A DNA stretch of 42,800 bases from a virus. The DNA lies in IMG/VR virus record IMGVR_UViG_3300045988_042917, positions 1-42,800 of that record. The stretch is one strand, 5' to 3'. Each line of letters opens with the position of its first letter. The stretch's first letter is position 1. Made by a program: the position numbers and the translations under genes. This document shows positions 23,801 to 32,160 of the stretch, piece after piece. The notes beneath the pieces were generated by a model. The model was not told the DNA's origin, searched no databases, and saw only the letters and a list, made by a program, of their open reading frames with translations.

Positions 23801-25110
23801 TCAGCTCTGTACTGGCCGCTGACAACGTTTGTACCGGCACCCGCAAGGCCGAGCGCACCGCCTATGATGTAGTCCTCAAGCATCTGCTGAGTGTCATAAT
23901 CATCGGCAAGGTCTGACCAGTCACCTTTACCATCGTCAAGCTTTAGTATGCGATCTGCGATAGGGTTGAGGATATCCGAGAGCACTTCCTCCATGCCCTC
24001 TTCATTTGCACCGACTAAGACCTTTAATGCCGTGCGGCCTTTGTCTGTCTTTGCAAGGCGGTTTACAAGGCTGTTGACAAGGCTCTCGTTTCTGATAATG
24101 CCCTTGCCGTATGCGACCTTGGAGACCGAACCGAAGAGCTTTTCCGTAAGCACTTCAATAGCCGCGCTCTTTAAACCGGATATCTGCTGCTCACCCTCGC
24201 TCAGGCCGCGCTGCTGTGCGTCCAGTGAGGCAGAACCGTATGCGCGTCCTGCCATTGCTGCAATACCTGTGCCGGGTGCAACAGCGTTAAGCAGCGCGTC
24301 ACCGGCAAACTGTGCGCCTGCTATGCCGAAGTCAACAACGCCCTGGCCGAATTTGCCCAAGCCCTGCTTTGCCTCCTGCTCGTACTCATACGCGCGCTTT
24401 GAACTTTCCTCGGCGCTTTCCAGCAGCTTTTGCTTGAAATCTCCGGCCCAGCCGTCATTAAAGCTTTTTATCTTCTCCTGCTCCGCCTTGCGCTGCGCCT
24501 GTCCCGGCCTGACCTGCCTGCCCTCTTTTTTCGCAGTCTTGGCCTCGTTTATTGCCGCTCGTGCGCTCTCACCCATTGAAAGATTGCCGGTCGGGGACAT
24601 AACATCCGCGCCAAGCTTCTTATAGGCCGCACCCGATGAAGAAAGTGCGCTTTTTAAAATCGCCTCGCCCTTGAAATTGCCCGTGGGCGTAGACGTAAAA
24701 GCCCTTTGCGCCGATGCTCTGCCGAGCGGTCTGCCGGTTTCGGCAGGCTCAAAGCGGCTGCGAGGTGTCGCCGTGCCCTTTACCGGCCTGTTCGCCGCCG
24801 CGCCTGTTTTTCCGTCGCCGTATGCTTTCGTGTATACATACGCCGGGTTATTGGCCATAAGCGCATCTGCGCTAAGTTTATTTCTGCTGCCGAGATCGTT
24901 TCGTATCTCATCGATCTGAGAAAGTACGTTCGATTTGGAATTGCTTGCTTCTATTGGCTTTTTACCGGCAGAGCCGGAGGCGCTGTTTGTTTTTGCGGTT
25001 TTATAACCAGCGGCTATCAAATTGGCTTTTTCGGCATAATCTCTCGCTGCGTTTTGCTGCCGCCTTTTTACTTCGGCCTTTATTTCTTCCCTGTTGATTC
25101 TTTTAGCCAT
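17818..25110 (-). CDS. Giant (2430 aa) polyvalent-type virion / ejection protein with two HExxH zincin-like motifs and a C-terminal TM segment
   Basis: It is a single uninterrupted ORF. HEMGH lies at aa 798-802 (nt 22705-22719) and HEIQH at aa 1079-1083 (nt 21862-21876). There is a Gly-rich hydrophobic region near the N-terminus and the TM segment LTGSALMGLGILLASWGVLSGGDDDD. It occupies the place where a tape measure or internal proteins would sit. Confidence 0.75.
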   Translation of the reverse strand: MAKRINREEIKAEVKRRQQNAARDYAEKANLIAAGYKTAKTNSASGSAGKKPIEASNSKSNVLSQIDEIRNDLGSRNKLSADALMANNPAYVYTKAYGDGKTGAAANRPVKGTATPRSRFEPAETGRPLGRASAQRAFTSTPTGNFKGEAILKSALSSSGAAYKKLGADVMSPTGNLSMGESARAAINEAKTAKKEGRQVRPGQAQRKAEQEKIKSFNDGWAGDFKQKLLESAEESSKRAYEYEQEAKQGLGKFGQGVVDFGIAGAQFAGDALLNAVAPGTGIAAMAGRAYGSASLDAQQRGLSEGEQQISGLKSAAIEVLTEKLFGSVSKVAYGKGIIRNESLVNSLVNRLAKTDKGRTALKVLVGANEEGMEEVLSDILNPIADRILKLDDGKGDWSDLADDYDTQQMLEDYIIGGALGLAGAGTNVVSGQYRAENAQQRAYEEYQRQLVNAGLATEQGGDAQLTAEKYKSIIDQSTQRGKRNLSDKETENLERLMTIGTDTQTVRDMLAQSGVLVDDNTAQAAALAASGQKLSSTQNAAIGNAAVQDAINQMAGNGVVDNIRRTAANEYSKPIVINSMARQYEVAPEVVERTYNLNPTAPQAFETAFNAVYQMGQQGTDKAALGKVPVLSTAQANIAYQMGADSVMSTETAAPVTINNTQEVNDNGVRIHNVEERINGQNTEVQIRGVETGTGENVAGGSQKEQGGVGAAQIKAGEKVSYKGKQQKGVYYAAEDTEDMKKGRKLAESYGYKVTYFVGGNIRYAGGEFRGAVDTAKKTVMVRADHPDYTAEQIMRHEMGHAAFENGDLSLNEAKEMLLDDFTEDELNELVEIYSSEYGGILSAEEAFEEICCDALGRMNIFEGTDLNSESYGKAQDTVRKYAAERTGSKGRAPPKKGGVKYSYAGKHARTADLEQLERAKQMQTQGADMKSIRKATGWFKGMDGKWRFEIDDSEMTYHRGGDAAFSRGHPDYAEYQKLMRKWMTGEVTAEEETRLRQMDETWGREYGRLSERVDRGNATLEDILDHEALFRAYPQLRRTKVEFADMPKNTMGSYSPSQNLITLSNELRNAPESTLVHEIQHAMQNAEGFTRGSNREYWEEKLTSGDKIQSKGFQDAREKLIQFQLGKANEEALALKDKIEQAGELDDDLTEYDRLWEEAERRGLDGKINEYYDLLNNYYTQMNRPGNSVPSELYYNTAGEIEARDAANRRSMSDWTRKMVPPDYGDENTVFAEDSSYAMSQSEQDSVKTQLREHQGELNSMKAVATIRDNGWRGMSTGAFRKKIVNSLKKTGYRVDNPDIGVIDFDEKMLNRSLNYIQTDAEAAAYQALPMVLKRGIEISGHGNHKGRDYETLTIAAPVELNGKRGNMAAVVMKTKGNRYKVHRILTPEGTAFALPEMTNAEPTTVGTVTSGSQSLGGSAPAISSASENSIRSSSKNVNKQFSREPERLNELRRQNERKLAQATAEDAANENERGLIRDYKKQYSKVEDIREKLSAAQQTLTEAEDSGADYDTTTKAKNRFTVLSNQYAREHRKLESYAKMKALQNILTRVDERLGNDLPEGMGAASANFTGEETVGERWVTEAQGEGDSALHPISKEQEANLAEQQRRAPQEIPKEDLNGKLTSKHVSTIANSGMTPAEFSDALREDAALGKFSHIAYSDEEALKKANRTIEIDGWEQALANYKAEINSGRVSKDNTVMGIALYNNAVNSGDYATAMDIASLMVKNSTNTAQSLQAMRILNKLSPECRLYLAAKSIENIEEDLNERYKDNKADIHVDKILYDEYAKALRQGDEDGIKTAWANIEQSVARQIDATWYEKLNNFRYLAMLGNPRTHVRNIVGNAFFVPVRAVKNTIAYGLENIADAKINGGIERSKAILNSSNAADAALVKYAMSDYEAVQEVILSGGKYVDTFQGIDKHRTIYKTKILEAARKGNSAALDAEDAWFCKPAYANALAKWYKANGISAEQLNTGKVPEETIIKAQTIAIKEAQKATYRDTNWFSAQVSRLGKVDNKVAAVLIEGVLPFKKTPANILARAVEYSPVGLIKSLALDTKKVKAYVNGDIENGMSPAEFIDDISAGLTGSALMGLGILLASWGVLSGGDDDDEKQNYFDELSGKQNYALSIGGMSITLDWLAPESMPLFVGVELFNSLSSKNEDKGFLQNLMSSVMSLSTPMFEMSMLQSVNDLFDNLAYIKQGQGTFKIVSSMAANYISQYFPTLFGQAERSFEEAQRETTYIDRNSKVGSELQYMWGKIANKIPFYDFSQIPYIDAWGRTEETGNLFERMLNNFVNPAYVKKERPTEIDGELERLYDLGETSVYPSRAKTNTKINGEYLTADEYVKYATTKGQTSYELAQGVINSAAYSGAADPEKAYMLKYVYSYADHIAKYEVNNDYSLAKWEMAAYKSANPMQTIIDHAREYYNPDKEN

Positions 25111-25125
25111 TCATTATACCTCGCA

Positions 25126-26691
25126 TTACCCTCTGCCCATCTGCGAATAAAGCTTGCGCTTGAGAATATTAATATCATCGTTGGTAAGGTCTGATTCCTT
25201 CTCCCATGCGTCCAGCAAACTGTCAACGCTCGTATATTGATTACCGTTCCACTTGAAAACGCCCTCGTCGGGTTGATAACTGAGCTGCCGCACTTTCTTG
25301 ACCGAAATACTTCCGTCCTTATTGACCTTATAATCCTTATCGCTCGGATATGTTCTGCTGCTTCCACCGCCGCCTGATCTGCCGCCGCTTCGTGCCGCCG
25401 TCTGAGCCGCCGCCTGCTGCTGATAGTAGCTCATGAGGGAGTTGATATATGACGGGTCATAGCCCGATGCACTTATAAGCACCTGAGAGGGCGTGCCGCC
25501 GGCCGCAATGATTGCGTCAATCTGGCTCTGTGCAAGCTTCTGGGTGTCCTGTCGCCTGTTGTAATTGCTCTCATTTAGCTGCATGTCCTGATTCCACTTG
25601 TCAATGAGTTTGTTGTATTCCTGCTGGTCAAGCGTGTTGTTCATGTTCCAGTTGTTGAGGAACCGCTCATAGTCCGTTGCATCCGCGCCGGAAACGAGGC
25701 CATACAGGTTGCCGAGGTTGCTTATGTTATCCTGCTGCTGCTGATACGCCATGCTTGCCGCCGCTGCCGCTGCATTATACTCTGCCTGAGAATTGGCAAC
25801 GTCCTGTTGATAGCGCTGGAAATCAACCTGATCGCGGTCAATATACATGTTGTACAAATTCCGCATATCGTTGCCCTCGTTTGTATACTGCGTGTATGCT
25901 CTGTCGTAGAATTCGGGCAACATCTCCGTTACCTTTTGCAGATACGCATTGTACATCTGCTGTCCTACGGCCTGTGAATACGTCGAACCATAGCCGCCTG
26001 TGAGAGCCGCCGCCTGTCCCATGGTATCCTCCATTGCAAGCTGTCCCTGCTTGGTGTATAGGTCTTTATACTGCTGATACAGCGGGTCAAGCTCTTCGTT
26101 GTAACTAAATTCCTCGCGGTTGAGCAGCTTGTTCAAAAGCTCGTCTATCTGCGCGTCATACTGCGGATTATACGTCGGCGCCGAATACCCCGGCATGGAA
26201 ATAGTCGGAGCATTAGTTATTGCATCGGTAATTGAACCAAGGATTTTGTCCAAATCTTCGGAATACTTGGAGTTGTAATCCGTCGATGGTGTGCGCCGCT
26301 CAGTTTCGGTGAAAGAGCCGTATTTATTGGTGAGCGGCAAATTCATGTTGTTCGTGTTGATTTTTTCGTTTCTGGCCTGCTCTGTTTGCCTTGCTCCGGT
26401 CATGTCTCCGGCCGCTGCCTTTGCCGCAGCGGTAAGGCCTAAGTCTGCGGCGCTGGTGTAAGTAATTCCGTTACCGTAAGTTACATTAGACGCGCCTGCA
26501 TAAGGGTTTTCACCGACTGCGATGTTTAGCCCTTCGCCGTTTATTTTTGCTTTTCGCCTGTTGTACGCCTCATCATACGCCGCCCAATCTCCCTTGGCCT
26601 CTGCTTCGTTCATTTTCGCTTTATAGTTAACGCCGTTTTCGTATGTAATTACAGTGCCGTTTTCATTTGTCCATGATTTCAATTTAGCCAT
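25126..26691 (-). CDS. Virion (possibly internal / ejection) protein, Q/N/Y-rich (521 aa)
   Basis: It contains the motif DPLYQQYKDLYTKQGQLAMEDTMGQAAALTGGYGSTYSQAVGQQMY and a GGRSGGGGSS linker. It is assigned by position between the tail knob candidate and the giant protein. Confidence 0.55.
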   Translation of the reverse strand: MAKLKSWTNENGTVITYENGVNYKAKMNEAEAKGDWAAYDEAYNRRKAKINGEGLNIAVGENPYAGASNVTYGNGITYTSAADLGLTAAAKAAAGDMTGARQTEQARNEKINTNNMNLPLTNKYGSFTETERRTPSTDYNSKYSEDLDKILGSITDAITNAPTISMPGYSAPTYNPQYDAQIDELLNKLLNREEFSYNEELDPLYQQYKDLYTKQGQLAMEDTMGQAAALTGGYGSTYSQAVGQQMYNAYLQKVTEMLPEFYDRAYTQYTNEGNDMRNLYNMYIDRDQVDFQRYQQDVANSQAEYNAAAAAASMAYQQQQDNISNLGNLYGLVSGADATDYERFLNNWNMNNTLDQQEYNKLIDKWNQDMQLNESNYNRRQDTQKLAQSQIDAIIAAGGTPSQVLISASGYDPSYINSLMSYYQQQAAAQTAARSGGRSGGGGSSRTYPSDKDYKVNKDGSISVKKVRQLSYQPDEGVFKWNGNQYTSVDSLLDAWEKESDLTNDDINILKRKLYSQMGRG

Positions 26692-26702
26692 TTAGCCCTC
26701 CG

Positions 26703-27146
26703 TTAATCCTGTGCTTTTCCGACTGCTATATACATCACCGTGCAGCTCCCGGCCTCGTCCGCTTTGGGGAGCGAGGCGGTAAAGCCGGTTTTGCTTACGT
26801 TGTCGGATTTTATCGTTATATTGCGGTCTGAAAACGGCTGGGAGCAAATAACAACGGGCTTGTCTGCAAACTTTGCCTTGCTTCCAAAGCTCACACTCAC
26901 CGTCGTGTCGCTCTCCGCGCCGTATGTCATTTGGAATGTGCCGTAAGCAACGTTGCTGTCCGATGAGACCTCGGCAACAACAACGCTGCTGCTTGTGCTC
27001 GTTCGGCTGCTTGTATCGCTTGCCGCGCCCTCAACGTTTAGCCACACTGAAAGGCTCTCGGCAAGTTGCGCCGTATATCGGTGCAGCTGAGTTACCTTTT
27101 CCTCGGATGTGCCGAATATCCGAGGCGGCTGAGGTATCACTATCAT
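26703..27146 (-). CDS. Tail protein with a C-terminal H-type-lectin-like domain (putative)
   Basis: VSVSFGSKAKFADKPVVICSQ...ITIKSDNVSKTGFTASL...VMYIAVGKA resembles the H_lectin pattern (V.F...F...P.V...vt..GF...w.A.G). Confidence 0.4.
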   Translation of the reverse strand: MIVIPQPPRIFGTSEEKVTQLHRYTAQLAESLSVWLNVEGAASDTSSRTSTSSSVVVAEVSSDSNVAYGTFQMTYGAESDTTVSVSFGSKAKFADKPVVICSQPFSDRNITIKSDNVSKTGFTASLPKADEAGSCTVMYIAVGKAQD

Positions 27147-29119
27147 TTGATATCCGTACCTCCCTCAAACTGCTTGCTAAAGCTGTAGAGCCGCACCGTG
27201 CCATGACCCGAGAGCTTTATTCTGAAATGGTCGCAGCGCTTAGGCTTGACGGGAACCATAAATGTCGTTGTGCCCTGTCCTTTTATGCGGCCTTGCTTTT
27301 CCCAAACGCCGGAGCTGTCATACTCAATGTAGATCATCATCTCCGAGCCTTTGGGCAGCATCATGCGCAGATTAAAGCGGCTAATGTACTTCTGCCCGGT
27401 GTAGTTGTAGCCCTGCAAGCCGGTTATGGCTTCCCACTCAAACGCGGCCTCCTCATTCCCGGTTTTTGTGTAATCGGATATAAGGTTTATTGCGTATCCG
27501 CTGCTGTCCTCGGTAACAAAGAATGTTTCATTGTTTATCGAGAAGAATGCAAGCGCGTGTTTTTCATCTTCCTTGTGCCACAGGCCGCGCTTTGTGTCGT
27601 ACACAAACAGCGACCATTTGCCGCTTGTATCTTTGAGGGATAGATAATACTTGCCGTTCGCACTGCCGCCCTCGGCCGCAACGTAATATACATTCCCGAG
27701 AGGCGCGCCGATATCATAGGCCTGTGTGCCGTCAAACGCCATCACGCCGCCGCGAGACTTGTAATAGCAAACATCATCTATCACAGTGACCGAGCCGCTA
27801 CAGCCTGTCTGAACGCCCTGAACGGTCTTATCGATGATTTGATGTGCGCCGGAGCTGGATATATAGACCTTGTGGTAACAGTTTTCCTTGAAGAAAATCA
27901 GGTTACCGCCGATGTTCGCCGAACCTGTGAACGCGCCCGGAGTACCTATAGAAGCCCGGTATGCATCGGTACTAACGCCCTTGTATGTTGACCATCGGGT
28001 TTCGTCGCCGAGCTTTGAGGCATATATCTCATTTACATTTGTTTTCTCGGCGTCTTCGGATGCTTCATAGTTATATCTGCATCCCCAAATGCGGTTTTGC
28101 GCCTGTACAACAAAGTCAAGGTCCGGAGCATCCCTATAAAGCTTTATGCTGCCTGCTGTCTGGTTAAAGTCTCCGGTTACGATATCAACGAATACATATA
28201 TAAGCTCGACCGTGTATGACTTTGTGCCATCGGCCGCCGTTGTCTCGTTGGTCTTATTGATAACTCGCTTTGTCGGGGTATGCTGTCCCTCAAATTTTGC
28301 TGAGTTATCTCCCTCCGAGAACGTCGCGTCGGTAAAAGATATCTCTATCGTGTCACCGCTATCGATGCTGATTTTGTTTATTGCCTTTTCGGTCATCGTA
28401 CCCATCGGCAAAACGATACGTGCCTTTATGTCGCTTGTCTTAGCCCATGATCCGGCAATGTATTTTTTCCACACCGCGCCGGTGTCGGTGCTCGACGTGT
28501 CAAGCCACAAGTCACCCGTTTTAGGACTGGACGGCGCTGTTGCACTCTTGGTAAAGGTCACCGCCTCGCCGTCTTCTGTGCAAGCCGTAAATTTTATCGG
28601 TGCGTCCGTCGAGGCCGTAGCCTCGATAGATTTGTACAGCTTTTCATACTCGTGGTTCTCCGTCGTATCCGTTGCCGTGCCGCTCTCGCTTCGAATACTC
28701 AGCTTATCGGGATAAATAACGAGCTTATTGGAGAAAAACATCATCTGCTTTGTGCTTTCCGATATGCTGATTGAGTTATCTGCCACACCGTCTACCGTTA
28801 ATAAAACCTTTTTGGATGTGGTATATGTACCGGTGCCGCGATAGATTTTGTAAATCCCGGCTCCGCTGTCGGCGGTCTTGCCGACAACGTAAAGGTTTGA
28901 GTCAACATCGGCGATCATGCCGTATATGGCGGTAAATTTCCCGGCAGCTATAATGCTCCTCGCGTCGCGATTACCCATGAGCGGGTAGTAGTCGCTTGTT
29001 AGGTTTTGCATATCGTAAAACTCGCCGTCGCCGATTTTGTAATTGTGGTTATAGCCGCCGAAGGTATCAACGACTGTCTCAATCGTGCTGCTTTCGGGGA
29101 TAGTTATATATGTCGGCAT
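27143..29119 (-). CDS. Large tail structural protein (658 aa), candidate tail knob or nozzle
   Basis: The assignment rests on position after the head-tail adaptor genes and on a beta-rich composition. No specific family was recognised. Confidence 0.45.
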   Translation of the reverse strand: MPTYITIPESSTIETVVDTFGGYNHNYKIGDGEFYDMQNLTSDYYPLMGNRDARSIIAAGKFTAIYGMIADVDSNLYVVGKTADSGAGIYKIYRGTGTYTTSKKVLLTVDGVADNSISISESTKQMMFFSNKLVIYPDKLSIRSESGTATDTTENHEYEKLYKSIEATASTDAPIKFTACTEDGEAVTFTKSATAPSSPKTGDLWLDTSSTDTGAVWKKYIAGSWAKTSDIKARIVLPMGTMTEKAINKISIDSGDTIEISFTDATFSEGDNSAKFEGQHTPTKRVINKTNETTAADGTKSYTVELIYVFVDIVTGDFNQTAGSIKLYRDAPDLDFVVQAQNRIWGCRYNYEASEDAEKTNVNEIYASKLGDETRWSTYKGVSTDAYRASIGTPGAFTGSANIGGNLIFFKENCYHKVYISSSGAHQIIDKTVQGVQTGCSGSVTVIDDVCYYKSRGGVMAFDGTQAYDIGAPLGNVYYVAAEGGSANGKYYLSLKDTSGKWSLFVYDTKRGLWHKEDEKHALAFFSINNETFFVTEDSSGYAINLISDYTKTGNEEAAFEWEAITGLQGYNYTGQKYISRFNLRMMLPKGSEMMIYIEYDSSGVWEKQGRIKGQGTTTFMVPVKPKRCDHFRIKLSGHGTVRLYSFSKQFEGGTDIK

Positions 29120-29129
29120 ACCGTCCTCC

Positions 29130-29504
29130 CTAAAACCTGAAATGCGTCAGTTTCGGCAGCGGTCTGTGCGCCGCGTCATACGCCTGCGCAAAGCGCGTAT
29201 AGCCGTCGTTGTAAAACAGAACGGCTTTGTTATACTTGGCATCCTCGCCGTTTTGCTGCGCTATCTTGGCTTGTAGGTAATTAACATAGATATCCTCTGC
29301 ATACGGTTCGGGAACCAGCAAATCGGTTGCTATGTCCTCAGCTGCATACTCGGGCTTTTCAAACCTCTCCGCGCCCTCGTGCGTGGCTATCAGGTCTGTA
29401 TACACCATCTGGTCAATAGTCAGCAGCCATCGGACTTTTTCTGTTTCGTCGTATGCGTTGGGCGTAAGCTTATCAGTAATGTCTATTGCTTCTGCAATCG
29501 TCAT
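29130..29504 (-). CDS. Head-tail adaptor / head completion protein (putative)
   Basis: The 124-aa product is encoded downstream of the capsid gene. It contains LTPNAYDETEKVRWLLTIDQ...YVNYLQAKIAQQNGEDAKYN. Confidence 0.45.
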   Translation of the reverse strand: MTIAEAIDITDKLTPNAYDETEKVRWLLTIDQMVYTDLIATHEGAERFEKPEYAAEDIATDLLVPEPYAEDIYVNYLQAKIAQQNGEDAKYNKAVLFYNDGYTRFAQAYDAAHRPLPKLTHFRF

Positions 29505-29558
29505 ATTGTTCTCCTATTAAAATAGCCGCCTCATGGCGGCTGTTATTTTTGATATTAA

Positions 29559-29783
29559 TTAGTGCGCGGCAAACTTCATCTCGTCGATGTGCTCGTCAAG
29601 CATGCGCTGAGCGTAGTTTGAGCGCTCGATCTCGTCCGCCACTTCTTTCGGGACGAAGCTTGTTTTGCCTTTGGGCAGCAGATAGTTTTTGCCGTTTATC
29701 GACACAAACAGATCGGGATCACTGTTTCTGTCGCCTCTCGGTATAAACATTTCAACTCTTTCGTCATCTGTTTTTTTAGCCAT
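29559..29783 (-). CDS. Small head-associated protein (74 aa)
   Basis: It lies immediately downstream of the major capsid gene and contains VEMFIPRG...LFVSINGKNYLLPKGKTSFVPKEVADEI. Confidence 0.5.
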   Translation of the reverse strand: MAKKTDDERVEMFIPRGDRNSDPDLFVSINGKNYLLPKGKTSFVPKEVADEIERSNYAQRMLDEHIDEMKFAAH

Positions 29784-29835
29784 GTTTTGCTCCTCTCAGG
29801 CGGAGGGGCAGAGTGTTCCGCCCCTCCCGGGATAA

Positions 29836-30987
29836 TTACTTGTTTTCCTCGTCAGTCGCGGAATACGAGCTGACGGACATAACGCGGAGTACGCGTTCGG
29901 GGTAAAGGATAGTTGCGCCGTTGGTCTCGAACTTGTAACCGATGGTGCTGAACTGGTTAAGAGGACCGCCGATTTCATCCTTGTCATGGGCGATCATCTC
30001 AAGGCCGCCACCCTCGGGGTCAATAATACCAAAGCCGTCCTTGCCGAAGAAGTAAGTCGCATAAGTAACGCCGTCGGACTTATTCTTGTAGGTGGTGCTG
30101 TCGGAATACTTGTAGCTTGCGCCGAGAATAGGTGCATAGGTATCCTCGATGAAGCGGCAGCCGTGCAGCTCGCCGATTTCGCCGTTGAAGATTTCAGAGG
30201 TAGCTGCATACTTATGCACTTCAATCCATTCCTTGCTCTGGCGCAGGTCATACGCAACAGAGGGATGGATAACAGCATAGTATTTGCCGTTTATCTTGGG
30301 TACACGGTCTTTCTTGAGCTTGGTAACGGCCTTGTTTACCATGGTGGGAGTAAGCAGTGCCCAGCCGTCAGGAGTCGAGCTGCCGCCGCTGGAAGTAGTG
30401 CCGCCTGCGCCCATGGTTGTCGGGGAAGTAGGAGTAGAAACTTTAGTGCCGTCCTCGGTGACGTTATCGCAGTACATTACGTTCGTACCGACAAGCAGCG
30501 CATCACGGATAAGGGTTTCCTGAGTAGCCGCAGCGGATGCGCCCATTTCCTCGGTCGCTGCAAGAATGACATCGTCATATGCGCGCATCTCGAGCTTATC
30601 GGTGATAGAGGTGTAAGTGCCATACTGCGTGATAGATGCAGTCAGCTTGGTTGCTCCAAACTGCTGACCGGTGGGGATAACGCCTTCCTTAAGCTCAGTC
30701 GCCTTTGCAAAGGTGTTAAACTTTCGCCATTCAACAGTGGTGCCGCCGTTCTTGGGCAGTCTCTGCTTGCGGCCAAACTGCGCATAGAACATTTCGACTC
30801 TGGCATTTTCGAGCAGCTCAGTGTCATAGAACGTCTTAAGCTCGGGTGCCATCGTGTTGGTGGAGGGGCTTGCCGCGACCGCCTCGCCGGTGTATGCGTT
30901 GGTATAGTTGGAGGTGCCGTTGCTTACAAGGGTGTTAACAACGGTGCCTGCATCTGCGAAAATCTGAATCCAATTAAAATTAGTCAT
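29836..30987 (-). CDS. Major capsid protein with a Prp-type N-terminal propeptide
   Basis: The 383-aa gene follows the scaffold gene. The ATG at 30987 is preceded by GAAAGGAAAC. The N-terminus MTNFNWIQIFADAG carries an L27-like Prp cleavage motif. Confidence 0.8.
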   Translation of the reverse strand: MTNFNWIQIFADAGTVVNTLVSNGTSNYTNAYTGEAVAASPSTNTMAPELKTFYDTELLENARVEMFYAQFGRKQRLPKNGGTTVEWRKFNTFAKATELKEGVIPTGQQFGATKLTASITQYGTYTSITDKLEMRAYDDVILAATEEMGASAAATQETLIRDALLVGTNVMYCDNVTEDGTKVSTPTSPTTMGAGGTTSSGGSSTPDGWALLTPTMVNKAVTKLKKDRVPKINGKYYAVIHPSVAYDLRQSKEWIEVHKYAATSEIFNGEIGELHGCRFIEDTYAPILGASYKYSDSTTYKNKSDGVTYATYFFGKDGFGIIDPEGGGLEMIAHDKDEIGGPLNQFSTIGYKFETNGATILYPERVLRVMSVSSYSATDEENK

Positions 30988-31032
30988 ATCGTTTCCTTTC
31001 ATGGTCATAGGCCACGCGGAAACGCTCAAGGC

Positions 31033-32046
31033 TTAAAACTGCCCGGGATATATCTTTTCACCCGATCTAATCCGGGCTTTCAACGCCTCTCTCTGTTCCC
31101 TCGTGGCGTTTCTGTAATCAAACGTCTGAATGGAAGCGTTAGAGGACTTGGGAACGCCGCCCTCACTCGGGCGCGATCTATTCGACTGCACAGCGTTGGA
31201 CACCTGCTGTACCGATGCTTTCAGCGCTGCCTGCCGTATGCTTTCCTTTATTTCATCACGATGCACAAGTTCATATGCATCTTCAAGCGAGAACATCAGG
31301 TCAGGCGCGGTCAATCGTCGGAACGTTGGATTATCAAGCTCTTTTCGCAAATCAAAGTTTGGGTATTTCTTCTGAAGCTCAACGGCCTGCGCGTTCATCT
31401 TGCTCAGATGCTCCATAAGCTTCTGCTCGTTGATAAACTGCTGCTTCTGCGCTTCTGCTGCCCTTGCTATAGCCTCGGAGCGTTCGAGTTGCTTTGCAAC
31501 CTCGGTTGATACGCCCAATTCCATTGCACGGTCTTCGTAATACTCGTCATCATCCGCGACCGCCTTTGCGATTGCGTCATAGTCGCCCGAGTCTACGCCG
31601 TACTTTTTGGATAGCAGCTGCAGCGCCGGAGCAAGCTTCTCAAGCCCCTCGGCGTCCGCCTTGTACTTTGTCTTTGCCGACGAGACTACTTTCTGCATCT
31701 CCCGGTTATAGTCGGGGTCTGCCATGATTTCATCCCATGTAAGCCGCTTCGCTGTGTCTTTAGTCTCTGTTGCCTCTGCAACTTCCTTTGGCGCAGCGGC
31801 GGCCTGCGCATCGGCTTTAGGCTGATTAACAGCCTTGCCATATTTCGCCCGTCCGAGTTTTTCCTTTGGCACTCCAAGCTCCGCGAGCCTGTCAGCCGTG
31901 GTTTTCGGTTCTGTCTGTTCGGCGGCAACAGACACATTAACGCCCGTGTTCTGCCCGGCGGCGACAGAAGTTTCGCCCGAAGTGGCTGCACCGCCATCGC
32001 CGGTACCGTCCGCGAATAGCTGTAGCCAACTGAATTTGTTGCGCAT
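31033..32046 (-). CDS. Scaffolding protein with a Prp-type N-terminal propeptide
   Basis: The protein is helical, highly charged and Ala/Lys/Glu-rich, and is encoded directly upstream of the capsid gene. Its N-terminus is MRNKFSWLQLFADG. Confidence 0.75.
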   Translation of the reverse strand: MRNKFSWLQLFADGTGDGGAATSGETSVAAGQNTGVNVSVAAEQTEPKTTADRLAELGVPKEKLGRAKYGKAVNQPKADAQAAAAPKEVAEATETKDTAKRLTWDEIMADPDYNREMQKVVSSAKTKYKADAEGLEKLAPALQLLSKKYGVDSGDYDAIAKAVADDDEYYEDRAMELGVSTEVAKQLERSEAIARAAEAQKQQFINEQKLMEHLSKMNAQAVELQKKYPNFDLRKELDNPTFRRLTAPDLMFSLEDAYELVHRDEIKESIRQAALKASVQQVSNAVQSNRSRPSEGGVPKSSNASIQTFDYRNATREQREALKARIRSGEKIYPGQF

Positions 32047-32091
32047 TTACATGCCTCCTATTTATTTGCCCGTAGGTGGACAAGTCCGTCG

Positions 32092-32158
32092 TACCGCCTG
32101 CAGGGCTCGAACCTGCATCTCTATCTCTCCGAGCGTTTTACCGTTAAACTAAGGCGAT
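32092..32158 (-). ncRNA. tRNA-like element with acceptor stem, D-arm and T-arm but no canonical anticodon arm (about 67 nt). Possibly a pseudo-tRNA or an RNA processing signal.
   Basis: The minus strand reads ATCGCCT-TA-GTTT-AACGGTA-AAAC-G-CTCGGAGAGATAGAGAT-GCAGG-TTCGAGC-CCTGC-AGGCGGT-A. The acceptor stem is 7 bp with one G-U pair, the D stem is 4 bp with GG in its loop, and the T stem is 5 bp with a TTCGAGC loop. The 17-nt purine-rich middle segment cannot form a 5-bp stem. Confidence 0.45.
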
Positions 32159-32160
32159 AT

